DNA of 61,203 nucleotides from a virus (taxonomy: Duplodnaviria; Caudoviricetes), in the IMG/VR virus record IMGVR_UViG_3300042517_000342, positions 1 through 61,203 of that record; one strand, written 5' to 3'. Position numbers and translations under genes: made by a program. Position 1 is the stretch's first letter. Each line of letters begins with the position of its first letter. Below the pieces are notes generated by a model. That model was not told where the DNA came from, ran no database searches, and saw nothing but the letters and a program-made list of their open reading frames with translations. Positions 1-7,517 of this stretch are shown here, piece by piece.

Positions 1-70
1 GGGGTTTCTTGGGGGGCACTAGACCGGGGGGTAGCCCTTGGGTGGGGGTGGGGTGGGTTCAAGGGGTACC
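1..70. repeat. Terminal direct repeat / circular assembly overlap, copy 1
   Basis: Matches 61134-61203 at 65/70 positions; all 5 mismatches are G here versus T in the end copy. Confidence 0.9.
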
Positions 71-117
71 CCTCCCATTCCCACGGAAAACCCCAAATAG
101 ATATTTAACTCCCCTTG

Positions 118-146
118 TTGACTCCCCCTCCTAGTTGCTGTACACT
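118..146 (+). promoter_or_regulatory. sigma70-type promoter
   Basis: TTGACT-17 bp-TACACT upstream of the ORF at 177. Confidence 0.7.
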
Positions 147-176
147 CTTGCTTATATGTTGTCGGAGAACTAGAAC

Positions 177-893
177 ATGGCTTGTAAACTCTGTGGTGAA
201 ATCCACCTCATTCCTTCGGAATATCAACACCTTACGGTTGAGGACATGTGCCCCAAGGTAGAGGCCCTTAACGCTCGGATTGCCTCGGAGTGCCTCAACC
301 CAACCTACACCCACCCTCACTGGGTTGACCCTAATTGGGAGACGGAGATTGCCCCTATCTTTCAATTAAGGTCTTATGCCGATTACCTGAATCGAAAAGC
401 GTATTCGGATAAGCCCCTCTCCCCCCGAGAGAAGGTGTATCTTGAGGAGATGATGAATCGAGCAGCCAATAAACCCGGACTCTCCAAGAAGGCTCGGTGG
501 AAGCCTATCGTGGAAAAGAAGGAGGCAAACAGAAAGACGCTTCTTCTTGTTAAGTCTGATCCCGGACGGAGGTACGATAGGCTCCTAGCAGTGGCTCGGT
601 TCCGAGGGTGGAAGGTGGAGATCACTCGGGCGGAGTGGATTGAGATGTACGAGGAGGTGGTGATCCCGTTCAGGTTCAAACCAAGAAGACGGGGTATGAT
701 CCGTCACCCTCCCCAGCTACCCACATGGGTCGGTACTCTCCGGGAGCTGGGTACTCCGGAGGAGCTAGGGGGTTTAGGGATGGTTCACACAGTCATGAGG
801 GTGGACCCTTCCCAACCTTTCAAGCGAGGGAACCTAGTTGTGGTGGAGGGGGTGGATGTGAAAGGGGGTGGATTTCCTTTGTTAAGGTGTTGA
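177..893 (+). CDS. Hypothetical protein with a degenerate HNH-like C-terminal region
   Basis: 238-aa ORF behind a promoter; ARFRGWKVEITRAEW and VMRVDPSQPFKRGNLVVV resemble the phage RG(I/W)xxxLT...DRIDxxxGYxxxN nuclease-like family; N-terminal CxxC. Confidence 0.5.
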   Translation: MACKLCGEIHLIPSEYQHLTVEDMCPKVEALNARIASECLNPTYTHPHWVDPNWETEIAPIFQLRSYADYLNRKAYSDKPLSPREKVYLEEMMNRAANKPGLSKKARWKPIVEKKEANRKTLLLVKSDPGRRYDRLLAVARFRGWKVEITRAEWIEMYEEVVIPFRFKPRRRGMIRHPPQLPTWVGTLRELGTPEELGGLGMVHTVMRVDPSQPFKRGNLVVVEGVDVKGGGFPLLRC

Positions 894-1027
894 TCTTCAA
901 GGGTTATGGGGAATTATGAAGGAATGGATAACTTCTTCCGGAGGGTGAACTTCCACGGTGGGTAGCAGGTCACAGACCCACCGCTAGGTGGGAAGTAAGG
1001 AGCACTGCGAGTAGCAGTGCGAGGGGC

Positions 1028-1056
1028 TTGACAGCTCTCCTTCGGAGGTATACAAT
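1028..1056 (+). promoter_or_regulatory. Strong sigma70-type promoter
   Basis: TTGACA-17 bp-TACAAT. Confidence 0.85.
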
Positions 1057-1059
1057 GAA

Positions 1060-1255
1060 GTAGGAAAGTATATACATAGAGTAGTATATACTCTTAGATA
1101 GGTACTAATACTCTAAAGAGTATATATCATCTCTCTAACTATATACTCTTTCTATCTAATACTAATACTCTAAGAAAGAGTATATCCCTCCATCTAAAAC
1201 ATACTACCTCTCTAACTAACTAATTATCCTTCGGATAGTATCTACTATCTCTTCC
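1060..1255. other. AT-rich repeat region, candidate replication origin
   Basis: Visibly the most AT-rich non-coding stretch in a GC-rich genome; direct repeats TACTAATACTCTAA and inverted AGAGTATATA/TATATACTCT. Confidence 0.5.
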
Positions 1256-1300
1256 TTGTGGCACCTTCCCCAAAGAACTAGCTCGGAGCACCTCCCCAAG

Positions 1301-1618
1301 ATGTACTATATCCCCTGCCCCTACTACGATGGCCTCTTCATGGATGATCCGCACTACGAACGTAAGTTGGAGGCCCGACGAAGGCGGGATGGGTTGGAGC
1401 CTCTCCCGAAGGAGGCGCCTTTCCGAGCCGAGCGAGTCACAGACATTCCGTGGACACCGGGGGTGAAGGGGTCATCCAAGCTCAAGCGAGATCAAGTTCG
1501 GGAGATTCGACTTCGCCACAAGCTCGGGGAGTCCCAAGCATCCTTAGCCCGAGAGTTCCGAATCAGCCCAGCCAACATCTCAAACATCGTCCTCAACAAA
1601 ATCTGGAGGCTCGTATGA
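1301..1618 (+). CDS. HTH DNA-binding protein (resembles the C-terminal HTH of phage HNH endonucleases)
   Basis: SKLKRDQVREIRLRHKLGESQASLAREFRISPANISNIV is a typical helix-turn-helix; ATG 1301 preferred over the track start at 1256. Confidence 0.7.
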   Translation: MYYIPCPYYDGLFMDDPHYERKLEARRRRDGLEPLPKEAPFRAERVTDIPWTPGVKGSSKLKRDQVREIRLRHKLGESQASLAREFRISPANISNIVLNKIWRLV

Positions 1619-1812
1619 CCGACTACTCCCACATGACCAAGTCATCTCTCGATGAGATGACGACCCCCGAACTCAACCAGCTCATCCACGACCTGAGCCG
1701 AGAGAGCGCCCGGTCGTACCAAGCCGGACTCCTCGACGAGTTGACCAAGGAATCCGAGGCACTGGGGCTGTACCAGTCAAACACGAGCGAGAAGCCCTCT
1801 AAGAGCCTCTAG
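1615..1812 (+). CDS. Hypothetical protein (65 aa)
   Basis: ATGA overlap with the previous stop and a GGAGG SD. Confidence 0.6.
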   Translation: MTDYSHMTKSSLDEMTTPELNQLIHDLSRESARSYQAGLLDELTKESEALGLYQSNTSEKPSKSL

Positions 1813-1957
1813 AAGGCGATCCTAGCCCCGACCCCTACCGTGGGGTGCGGGTAGACCATAGACGAGGCTTGTAGCGCCTCTGGCGCGGTAGGAGCCGTAG
1901 GCGACGAGAGGCTCCTAGGGGGTCGGGTTGAAAGGGTACTTGTTCGACCTCCCTCTC

Positions 1958-1986
1958 TTGACTCCCCTCCCAATTAGGTGTAAACT
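1958..1986 (+). promoter_or_regulatory. sigma70-type promoter for the late operon
   Basis: TTGACT-17 bp-TAAACT; shares TTGACTCCCC with the promoter at 118. Confidence 0.7.
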
Positions 1987-2037
1987 CGCCCGTATTCCGA
2001 GCACAGCTCACCCCACCCGGAGGAACCTCGAACACCC

Positions 2038-2916
2038 ATGGCTAACGACTTTCCCGTTCAAACGAAACAACTCCTCAACCGAATCCTGACTCGTCTCAAC
2101 GGAGAGGACCGTCGTCGAGTTCGAGACGCCCTGTTCTCCACGGAAGAAAACAACCTCCCCCTCCAAGAGTTCCTGTTCACCACCCCCGGAGCGGGTACTT
2201 GGTCCAAGCCCCAAGGTGTGGGTACGTGGATCGAGGTGTGGGGGTGCGGCAGTGGCCCCGGTGGCGGCTCTGGTCGAAAGGGAGCTGCCGGTACTCAACG
2301 CTCAGGTGGCCGAGTTGGCCTCTCGTCAACCCCCCAGCTTCTCGGTGTGTTTCGTGCAAGTGAGTTCCCCAACTCAATCTCGTTCACCATTGCAACAGGT
2401 GGACTAGGCGGAGCTTCTCAAACAACCAACTCCACGGACGGTGTGTCAGGTGCAGCGGGGGCAGACACAACTGTTGTGATTTCTGGAGCTTCGTGCGTGT
2501 GCCCCGGAACCTCTGTAGGTGGTTTGGGTGGACAAACAACTGTGTACACAGAAAACGCTAATCTGTTTTCAATTAACAGCACTACACCATTCCGCTTTGC
2601 CAATAACTCAAAAGAAGGCGGCAGCATCTCAGCAGCAAATGCTCTTGTAACCGCTCCTTTTGTAAACCAATCCCCACTTCTGACAACCCAATCAGAAGGA
2701 GCCAACGCTGTTCGACTAGCTCCTAACAGCCAGTTCAAGCTCATCGGAGCTAACCCCCGAGGCGGTGCTGCCTCTTTGACGGGCAACGCCCAGAAGGGTG
2801 GAGACGGTATCTTGGGTATCGCTGGTGCGGGTGGTGGCGCTGCTGTAGATTCGGTAGGCAACTCTGGTGCTGGTGGTAATGGTGGTGACGGGTTTGTCTA
2901 CATCGCCATTTACTGA
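2038..2916 (+). CDS. Glycine-rich tail fibre-type protein
   Basis: FTTPGAGTWSKP...IEVWGCGSGPGGGSG and C-terminal GAGGNGGDGFVYI are typical of the glycine-rich tail fibre domain. Confidence 0.7.
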   Translation: MANDFPVQTKQLLNRILTRLNGEDRRRVRDALFSTEENNLPLQEFLFTTPGAGTWSKPQGVGTWIEVWGCGSGPGGGSGRKGAAGTQRSGGRVGLSSTPQLLGVFRASEFPNSISFTIATGGLGGASQTTNSTDGVSGAAGADTTVVISGASCVCPGTSVGGLGGQTTVYTENANLFSINSTTPFRFANNSKEGGSISAANALVTAPFVNQSPLLTTQSEGANAVRLAPNSQFKLIGANPRGGAASLTGNAQKGGDGILGIAGAGGGAAVDSVGNSGAGGNGGDGFVYIAIY

Positions 2917-2953
2917 TCCCAACTAAACACACAAAAGGCAATCCTTAAAACCT

Positions 2954-3703
2954 ATGAGCACTCTTCTTTCCGTGGCTGCTGGTCTTTTTTCGATTGTTGC
3001 CGGAATGGGTCAGACTGTTCCCGTCCTTCCCGACAACCAGTGGCGACCTCAAGATGTGGCGTACCCTTGGCCTCTACCCGAACCCGAGTGGGAGGTGACG
3101 TACTACCACGGCAATCAGGTTTTGAATGGAGCACCTCCGGGTAACTTCCCTTTTCAGTGGGATTGTCACCTAGAGGAGACTACCCGGAAGGCCGTGTGTG
3201 TCAGTTCGTGGGAGATCAAGTCCGGGGCTGTTTGTCGTCGAGACCGACTCTTTCAGCCGCAAGAGCATCCCTCGTTCTTCTACGAACGTTACCGGATCAT
3301 GGGCACCACTGTCCCAGCAAACGAGAAAGCTCCTCCTCCGGGTCGAGTATTCTTTTGGACGTACTACCAGCAGGGTTCCTTCTGGCCTGAGTGGAGTGCC
3401 ACTCCCCGTTATGGTTGGGAGTTCCACCGCCTCCAGTGGATTCCGAGCGGTCCGAACTGCAATCCTACGAACGGGTGCTCTGCCCGGGCCCGGTACTACA
3501 TCAACGAAGGGGCACCTCTCCGAGGTCCGTTTGTGTTTGACCATCCGACCCAAGCACTCAACACTTGGCCGGGTGACGCCGTCTCCCCGCTGTACCCACT
3601 AGCCGACTCCGGTCGATGCCGGGCTTGGTTGCAATTTATCAACTGGTGCCCGTACAACCCCAATCGAGCTGAGTGTTTGCCCAGCTCTCGCCCAAGTAAA
3701 TAA
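2954..3703 (+). CDS. Hypothetical Trp/Cys/Pro-rich protein with a putative signal peptide
   Basis: 249-aa ORF; hydrophobic N-terminus LLSVAAGLFSIVAG; 8 Cys. Confidence 0.6.
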   Translation: MSTLLSVAAGLFSIVAGMGQTVPVLPDNQWRPQDVAYPWPLPEPEWEVTYYHGNQVLNGAPPGNFPFQWDCHLEETTRKAVCVSSWEIKSGAVCRRDRLFQPQEHPSFFYERYRIMGTTVPANEKAPPPGRVFFWTYYQQGSFWPEWSATPRYGWEFHRLQWIPSGPNCNPTNGCSARARYYINEGAPLRGPFVFDHPTQALNTWPGDAVSPLYPLADSGRCRAWLQFINWCPYNPNRAECLPSSRPSK

Positions 3704-3723
3704 TCTAGGAGGAACTGAATACC

Positions 3724-3918
3724 ATGCCCGCTTACGAACCTAAAGTCCGAGACTTCTTTGCTCAAGGTGATTCGGACAAAGCTCTTGAACTTAAGAACGC
3801 CCTTGCTGAAGTGATGGCAAATGTGGAAAGCATTCGTGCTTGGGGTGCTACCCTAGCCACCAAGCTTAACGCCGATGGCGGTGTCACCGATACGAACTAC
3901 CAGCCCCCGGTTCTCTAA
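3724..3918 (+). CDS. Small hypothetical, probably virion-associated
   Basis: AGGAGG SD; LATKLNADGGVTDTNY C-terminus. Confidence 0.65.
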   Translation: MPAYEPKVRDFFAQGDSDKALELKNALAEVMANVESIRAWGATLATKLNADGGVTDTNYQPPVL

Positions 3919-3971
3919 GAGGCCAACATCTCGCGCTTAACCCACGTCCACGGAGGGACTAGATAACGCAC

Positions 3972-5033
3972 ATGTCAAACATCCCGAAGTCCCAGCTAGA
4001 CGCCGTAGACACCCGTGTAGAGGTGATGCTCCGAAAACTCTTTGAGGGGCGCACCGTTAACTTTGAAGACTTGAACGGGGTGGATATCTTGAGCCCCGAC
4101 GACGATGACACCCTGTTCTACAACTTCACCCTTGACCTTTGGGAGAACCACCCCCTCAAGACGATCAACGGGCAATCTCTCAAGGGTCCGGGGAACCTCA
4201 CAATTAGCGGAGGGAGTGGCTCCCCGGGGGGCTCCTCGGGCCAGTTCCAATGGAACGACTCAGGAGCCTTTGGAGGTACGACGGGTTACACTTGGAACTT
4301 TGGTACGAGCCAACCCTTGAGTACCAACGGCTACCTTCTCGGGGCTACCAGCTCCCTTGAGGAGATTGACGGAGGGGCGCTTGTCACCACCTCCACGACC
4401 CTTGAGCCTATTTCGGGGTTGGTTGCAAGTGTTGACCTCGTCTCAAACAAGTCGACCACTGCCACGGCTCGTCTCAACACCAACTCAGGAGCTACTAACA
4501 AGTTCCTCCAAGTGGAGATTAACCGAAGCTCTCCCCGGTATTTCGATGGCACAGCCCTCCAAGATGTGTGGCACACGGGGACGTTCGACCCCACTACCAA
4601 GCAAGACACTCTTGTTTCCGGCACGAATATTCGTACTGTGGGTGGCAATTCTTTGCTCGGGTCGGGAGATGTCTCGTTTCCAGTGACTTCGGTAAACACT
4701 CGCACAGGGGCAATCACTCTTACAGACACGGATGTTCCAGCAACGGTAGTGACCGAGAGCGGCACTTCGAGAGTGATGGCAAATGGAGACGCGGGTCGGT
4801 ACATTAGGTTCACATCAGGGTCGGCAAAGACAGCTACCTTCGGGACTGGCTTGAACGTTGTAGGCCAAGAGTTTCATCTTCGGAATGTGGGAGCCAACAA
4901 CTTGACTCTTACCCCTAGCAGCACAACTCTCAACGCTCCGGCTGGCGGCACGCTTATTGTCCCTCCGGGTGGCACTGTGACCGTCAAGCAAGTAGCCGCT
5001 ACGGAATTCGATGTGTTTGGAGCAACCACATGA
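3972..5033 (+). CDS. Tail fibre protein
   Basis: LKTINGQSLKGPGNLTI, GGSSGQFQWNDSGAFGG, KQDTLVSGTNIRTVGGNSLLGSG and VTSVNTRTGAITL are fibre shaft motifs. Confidence 0.8.
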   Translation: MSNIPKSQLDAVDTRVEVMLRKLFEGRTVNFEDLNGVDILSPDDDDTLFYNFTLDLWENHPLKTINGQSLKGPGNLTISGGSGSPGGSSGQFQWNDSGAFGGTTGYTWNFGTSQPLSTNGYLLGATSSLEEIDGGALVTTSTTLEPISGLVASVDLVSNKSTTATARLNTNSGATNKFLQVEINRSSPRYFDGTALQDVWHTGTFDPTTKQDTLVSGTNIRTVGGNSLLGSGDVSFPVTSVNTRTGAITLTDTDVPATVVTESGTSRVMANGDAGRYIRFTSGSAKTATFGTGLNVVGQEFHLRNVGANNLTLTPSSTTLNAPAGGTLIVPPGGTVTVKQVAATEFDVFGATT

Positions 5034-5731
5034 TTCTAGGGATGCCTGCTAGAAAGATAGCCGCTGCTGCTGTGACTGCTACTTGGTCAACCCTTAGCAA
5101 ATATCAATCTGCGCCGACAACGCTTTCCGGATCAAACCTGATCTTGACTGCTAACACAGGTGCGGTAGGCACTTACGCTAACGCCGTATCCTCGCGAGAG
5201 GTTCAAGACCTTGGGTATTATTCCGGCGTAATCGAGGCAAGCGGTGGCGAGAACGGCGTAGTCGGCTTGGCTGCCGTGAGCCGCTCTTCTCCGACTGCTA
5301 ACTTTCCCGGTGGCGCTGCTGGTTGGGTTGGTTCTGGCACAACGTCTGACGGTAGCGCAGGCATTTGGGCGAACACTGGCACCCTTTACCGGGCGGGCAA
5401 TCCCAACATCACAGGGGCTTCTGGGAACGCTATCACGGTCGAAATGGCGGTGCGCATCGTCCCGCCCTCGGGCGGTGTGTCTGAGTATCGTATCTGGATT
5501 CGGCAGTCTGGTGGTGCTTGGTACGGCGGGGGTGATCCTGTCGCAAATACCACTCCCTCTTATATCCGAAGCGTCGCGGTAGCTTCTTTCTGGGTGTGTG
5601 TTGGTGCGTCGATTGTGCGATCTGGTGCGACACCTGCCCGCAGGGCGATTCTGCATGGAGATGCTGCTAGTACGACGGGTGTTGTTCCGGCCGGATTTAC
5701 TGCCGCCCTCTGGGGTGCCGCGCTTACCTAA
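5030..5731 (+). CDS. Tail-associated beta-sandwich (SPRY/lectin-like) protein
   Basis: ATGA-coupled to the fibre gene; TLSGSNL...IWIRQSGGAWYGGGDP...VPAGFTA pattern. Confidence 0.55.
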   Translation: MILGMPARKIAAAAVTATWSTLSKYQSAPTTLSGSNLILTANTGAVGTYANAVSSREVQDLGYYSGVIEASGGENGVVGLAAVSRSSPTANFPGGAAGWVGSGTTSDGSAGIWANTGTLYRAGNPNITGASGNAITVEMAVRIVPPSGGVSEYRIWIRQSGGAWYGGGDPVANTTPSYIRSVAVASFWVCVGASIVRSGATPARRAILHGDAASTTGVVPAGFTAALWGAALT

Positions 5732-5749
5732 AGGATTCTTAACACGCAT

Positions 5750-6493
5750 ATGAACTTCGTATACAGACCAGAAATCTTTGACTTCATCTCAAAGCACGAG
5801 GGCAACGTCCTTCGAGCCTATCGAGACACAGTCGGAAAGTGGACTATTGGGCGTGGTATTACAGACCCTCGGTATGCGTTTGAGGGTAATGTTATCACAG
5901 AAGCTGAATCTGCACGATTGGCAAGAGAGTACATTCTCCGCGATATAGAGGAATGTAACCGTCTTATAAAAGTACCTACGACTTCAGATCAGCAGACCGC
6001 CATTCTCAGTCTTTGCTACAACATCGGCATGCCTCGCTTCTCTTCCTCAACGCTTTTGAGGAAGTTGAATAGCGGGGACTATGAGGGCGCCCACGCCCAG
6101 TTTATGAGGTGGAACAAAGAGACGGACCCTGTTACTAAACAGCTTCGTCCTAACAGAGGTCTAACAAACAGGCGAGCTGACGAAGCCGCTTTGTTCCTTC
6201 GTGGTACACAGGCGATGGCAAGGGAGGAAAAGAGAGATGCCGAAGAACTGGTCCCGGACCTCCCTCCCCCCGCCTATAGCAACGTGGAGCCCGCTACCCC
6301 GCCCGACTCCAGCTCCAAAGCCAAGGTCGCAGGTGGAGTCGCAGCGACAGCCGGTGCCCTCTCCCAAGTCTCTCAAGTCGAACAAGTGAGGGATGCGGTT
6401 GCCCCCCTTGCAAGTTTCAACGAGTATCTCGGTATGCTGTTTGTAGGTGTCTCCCTTCTTGCAATCTGGTATATGCTGAAGAAGGGTGACTGA
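5750..6493 (+). CDS. Endolysin, GH24 (T4-lysozyme-like) with a C-terminal hydrophobic helix
   Basis: E-x8-D-x5-T triad (HEGNVLRAYRDTVGKWTIG), YNIG, STLLRKLN, GLTNRRADE. Confidence 0.92.
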   Translation: MNFVYRPEIFDFISKHEGNVLRAYRDTVGKWTIGRGITDPRYAFEGNVITEAESARLAREYILRDIEECNRLIKVPTTSDQQTAILSLCYNIGMPRFSSSTLLRKLNSGDYEGAHAQFMRWNKETDPVTKQLRPNRGLTNRRADEAALFLRGTQAMAREEKRDAEELVPDLPPPAYSNVEPATPPDSSSKAKVAGGVAATAGALSQVSQVEQVRDAVAPLASFNEYLGMLFVGVSLLAIWYMLKKGD

Positions 6494-6618
6494 GTAGAAG
6501 GCTGCACTCAAAAGGAGGTGATCTAAATTTCTCCGCGTGCAACGACATGAGCACCCGCTGGCGCGGTTAACCCACTAGCTCAACCCCATCAACTCGTAAA
6601 TTACGAAAGAGGTGAAAA

Positions 6619-7026
6619 ATGGCTCGTAATAAATCACGAACTCCCCCGACGCTCGACCTGAGCGGGGTTTACTACAACCCCGAGAAATCAGGCTGGGGCG
6701 TCTTCATCGACAATTTCGGGGAGGAAACCCACTCGGTTGCGATCTATACGCACAACGAGCGGGGTGGTCAGGTTTGGTTGGTTGGTGCGGCTCCACGAAC
6801 AACGGGTTTCTTCAAGCTTACCGAGGCACGGGCCACGGGTTTCATGGACAGCATCCGAAACAAGATCGAATCTGATGCTGGTACGATTGAGTTCACGGAC
6901 ATCGGGAACGGTAAGCTCCAGTACAAGGCGCTTATCAACTCCCTAATCGTGTACCCCGCCCCGCAGTTCTCCCCGCCGCCTCCGGCGATCTTGGAGTTCT
7001 CGGGGGTTGTGAATAAGATGGGTTAA
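6619..7026 (+). CDS. Hypothetical protein with an SGxYYxPxxSGxG motif
   Basis: GAGGTG SD; LSGVYYNPEKSGWGVFI...IYTHNERGGQVWLVG. Confidence 0.65.
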   Translation: MARNKSRTPPTLDLSGVYYNPEKSGWGVFIDNFGEETHSVAIYTHNERGGQVWLVGAAPRTTGFFKLTEARATGFMDSIRNKIESDAGTIEFTDIGNGKLQYKALINSLIVYPAPQFSPPPPAILEFSGVVNKMG

Positions 7027-7043
7027 GAAGAACAAGGAAAGTT

Positions 7044-7077
7044 GCCGAGGCGAGGGTTAGCACCCCTCGTCCTCGGT
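7044..7077 (+). other. Intergenic stem-loop without a U-tract (processing or stability element?)
   Basis: CCGAGG-CGAGGG pairs with CCCTCG-T-CCTCGG. Confidence 0.45.
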
Positions 7078-7100
7078 CGTCTCAACAAGGAGATCGAGCG

Positions 7101-7517
7101 GTGGCAAAGGATTTGACAGCAGCTCAGATCATTGAGCTATACAAACAAGGCTACAGTGACGTAGAGGTGTGCCGAGAACTGGAGATCACCAAACGTCAGT
7201 TTGAAAAGATGAAGGCGGTTAACCCTATCTTCCGTGACCTGATTGAAAAAGGGAACGACTACGCCGAGGCTTGGAATCTTGAGCAAAGTCGGGTTAACCT
7301 TCAAAACAAAGATTTCAATACAACCCTCTTCAACACCCGCATGATGAATATGTTTGGGTGGAGCCAGAAGGTTGACCAGAACACCAAGGCACTCAACGTC
7401 AACGCTGAGATGTCCAAAGAGGAGTTGCTCAAGAAGCTGGAGTCCTATCTCCCAGAGCTTCTTCCCCACGCAAAGGTCAAGCAGTTGACCAACGAGGAGT
7501 CTACCGATGGTGAATAA
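7101..7517 (+). CDS. terS: Terminase small subunit
   Basis: Directly upstream of TerL; N-terminal HTH (YKQGYSDVEVCRELEIT), AEAW, MMNMFGW. Confidence 0.85.
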   Translation: MAKDLTAAQIIELYKQGYSDVEVCRELEITKRQFEKMKAVNPIFRDLIEKGNDYAEAWNLEQSRVNLQNKDFNTTLFNTRMMNMFGWSQKVDQNTKALNVNAEMSKEELLKKLESYLPELLPHAKVKQLTNEESTDGE

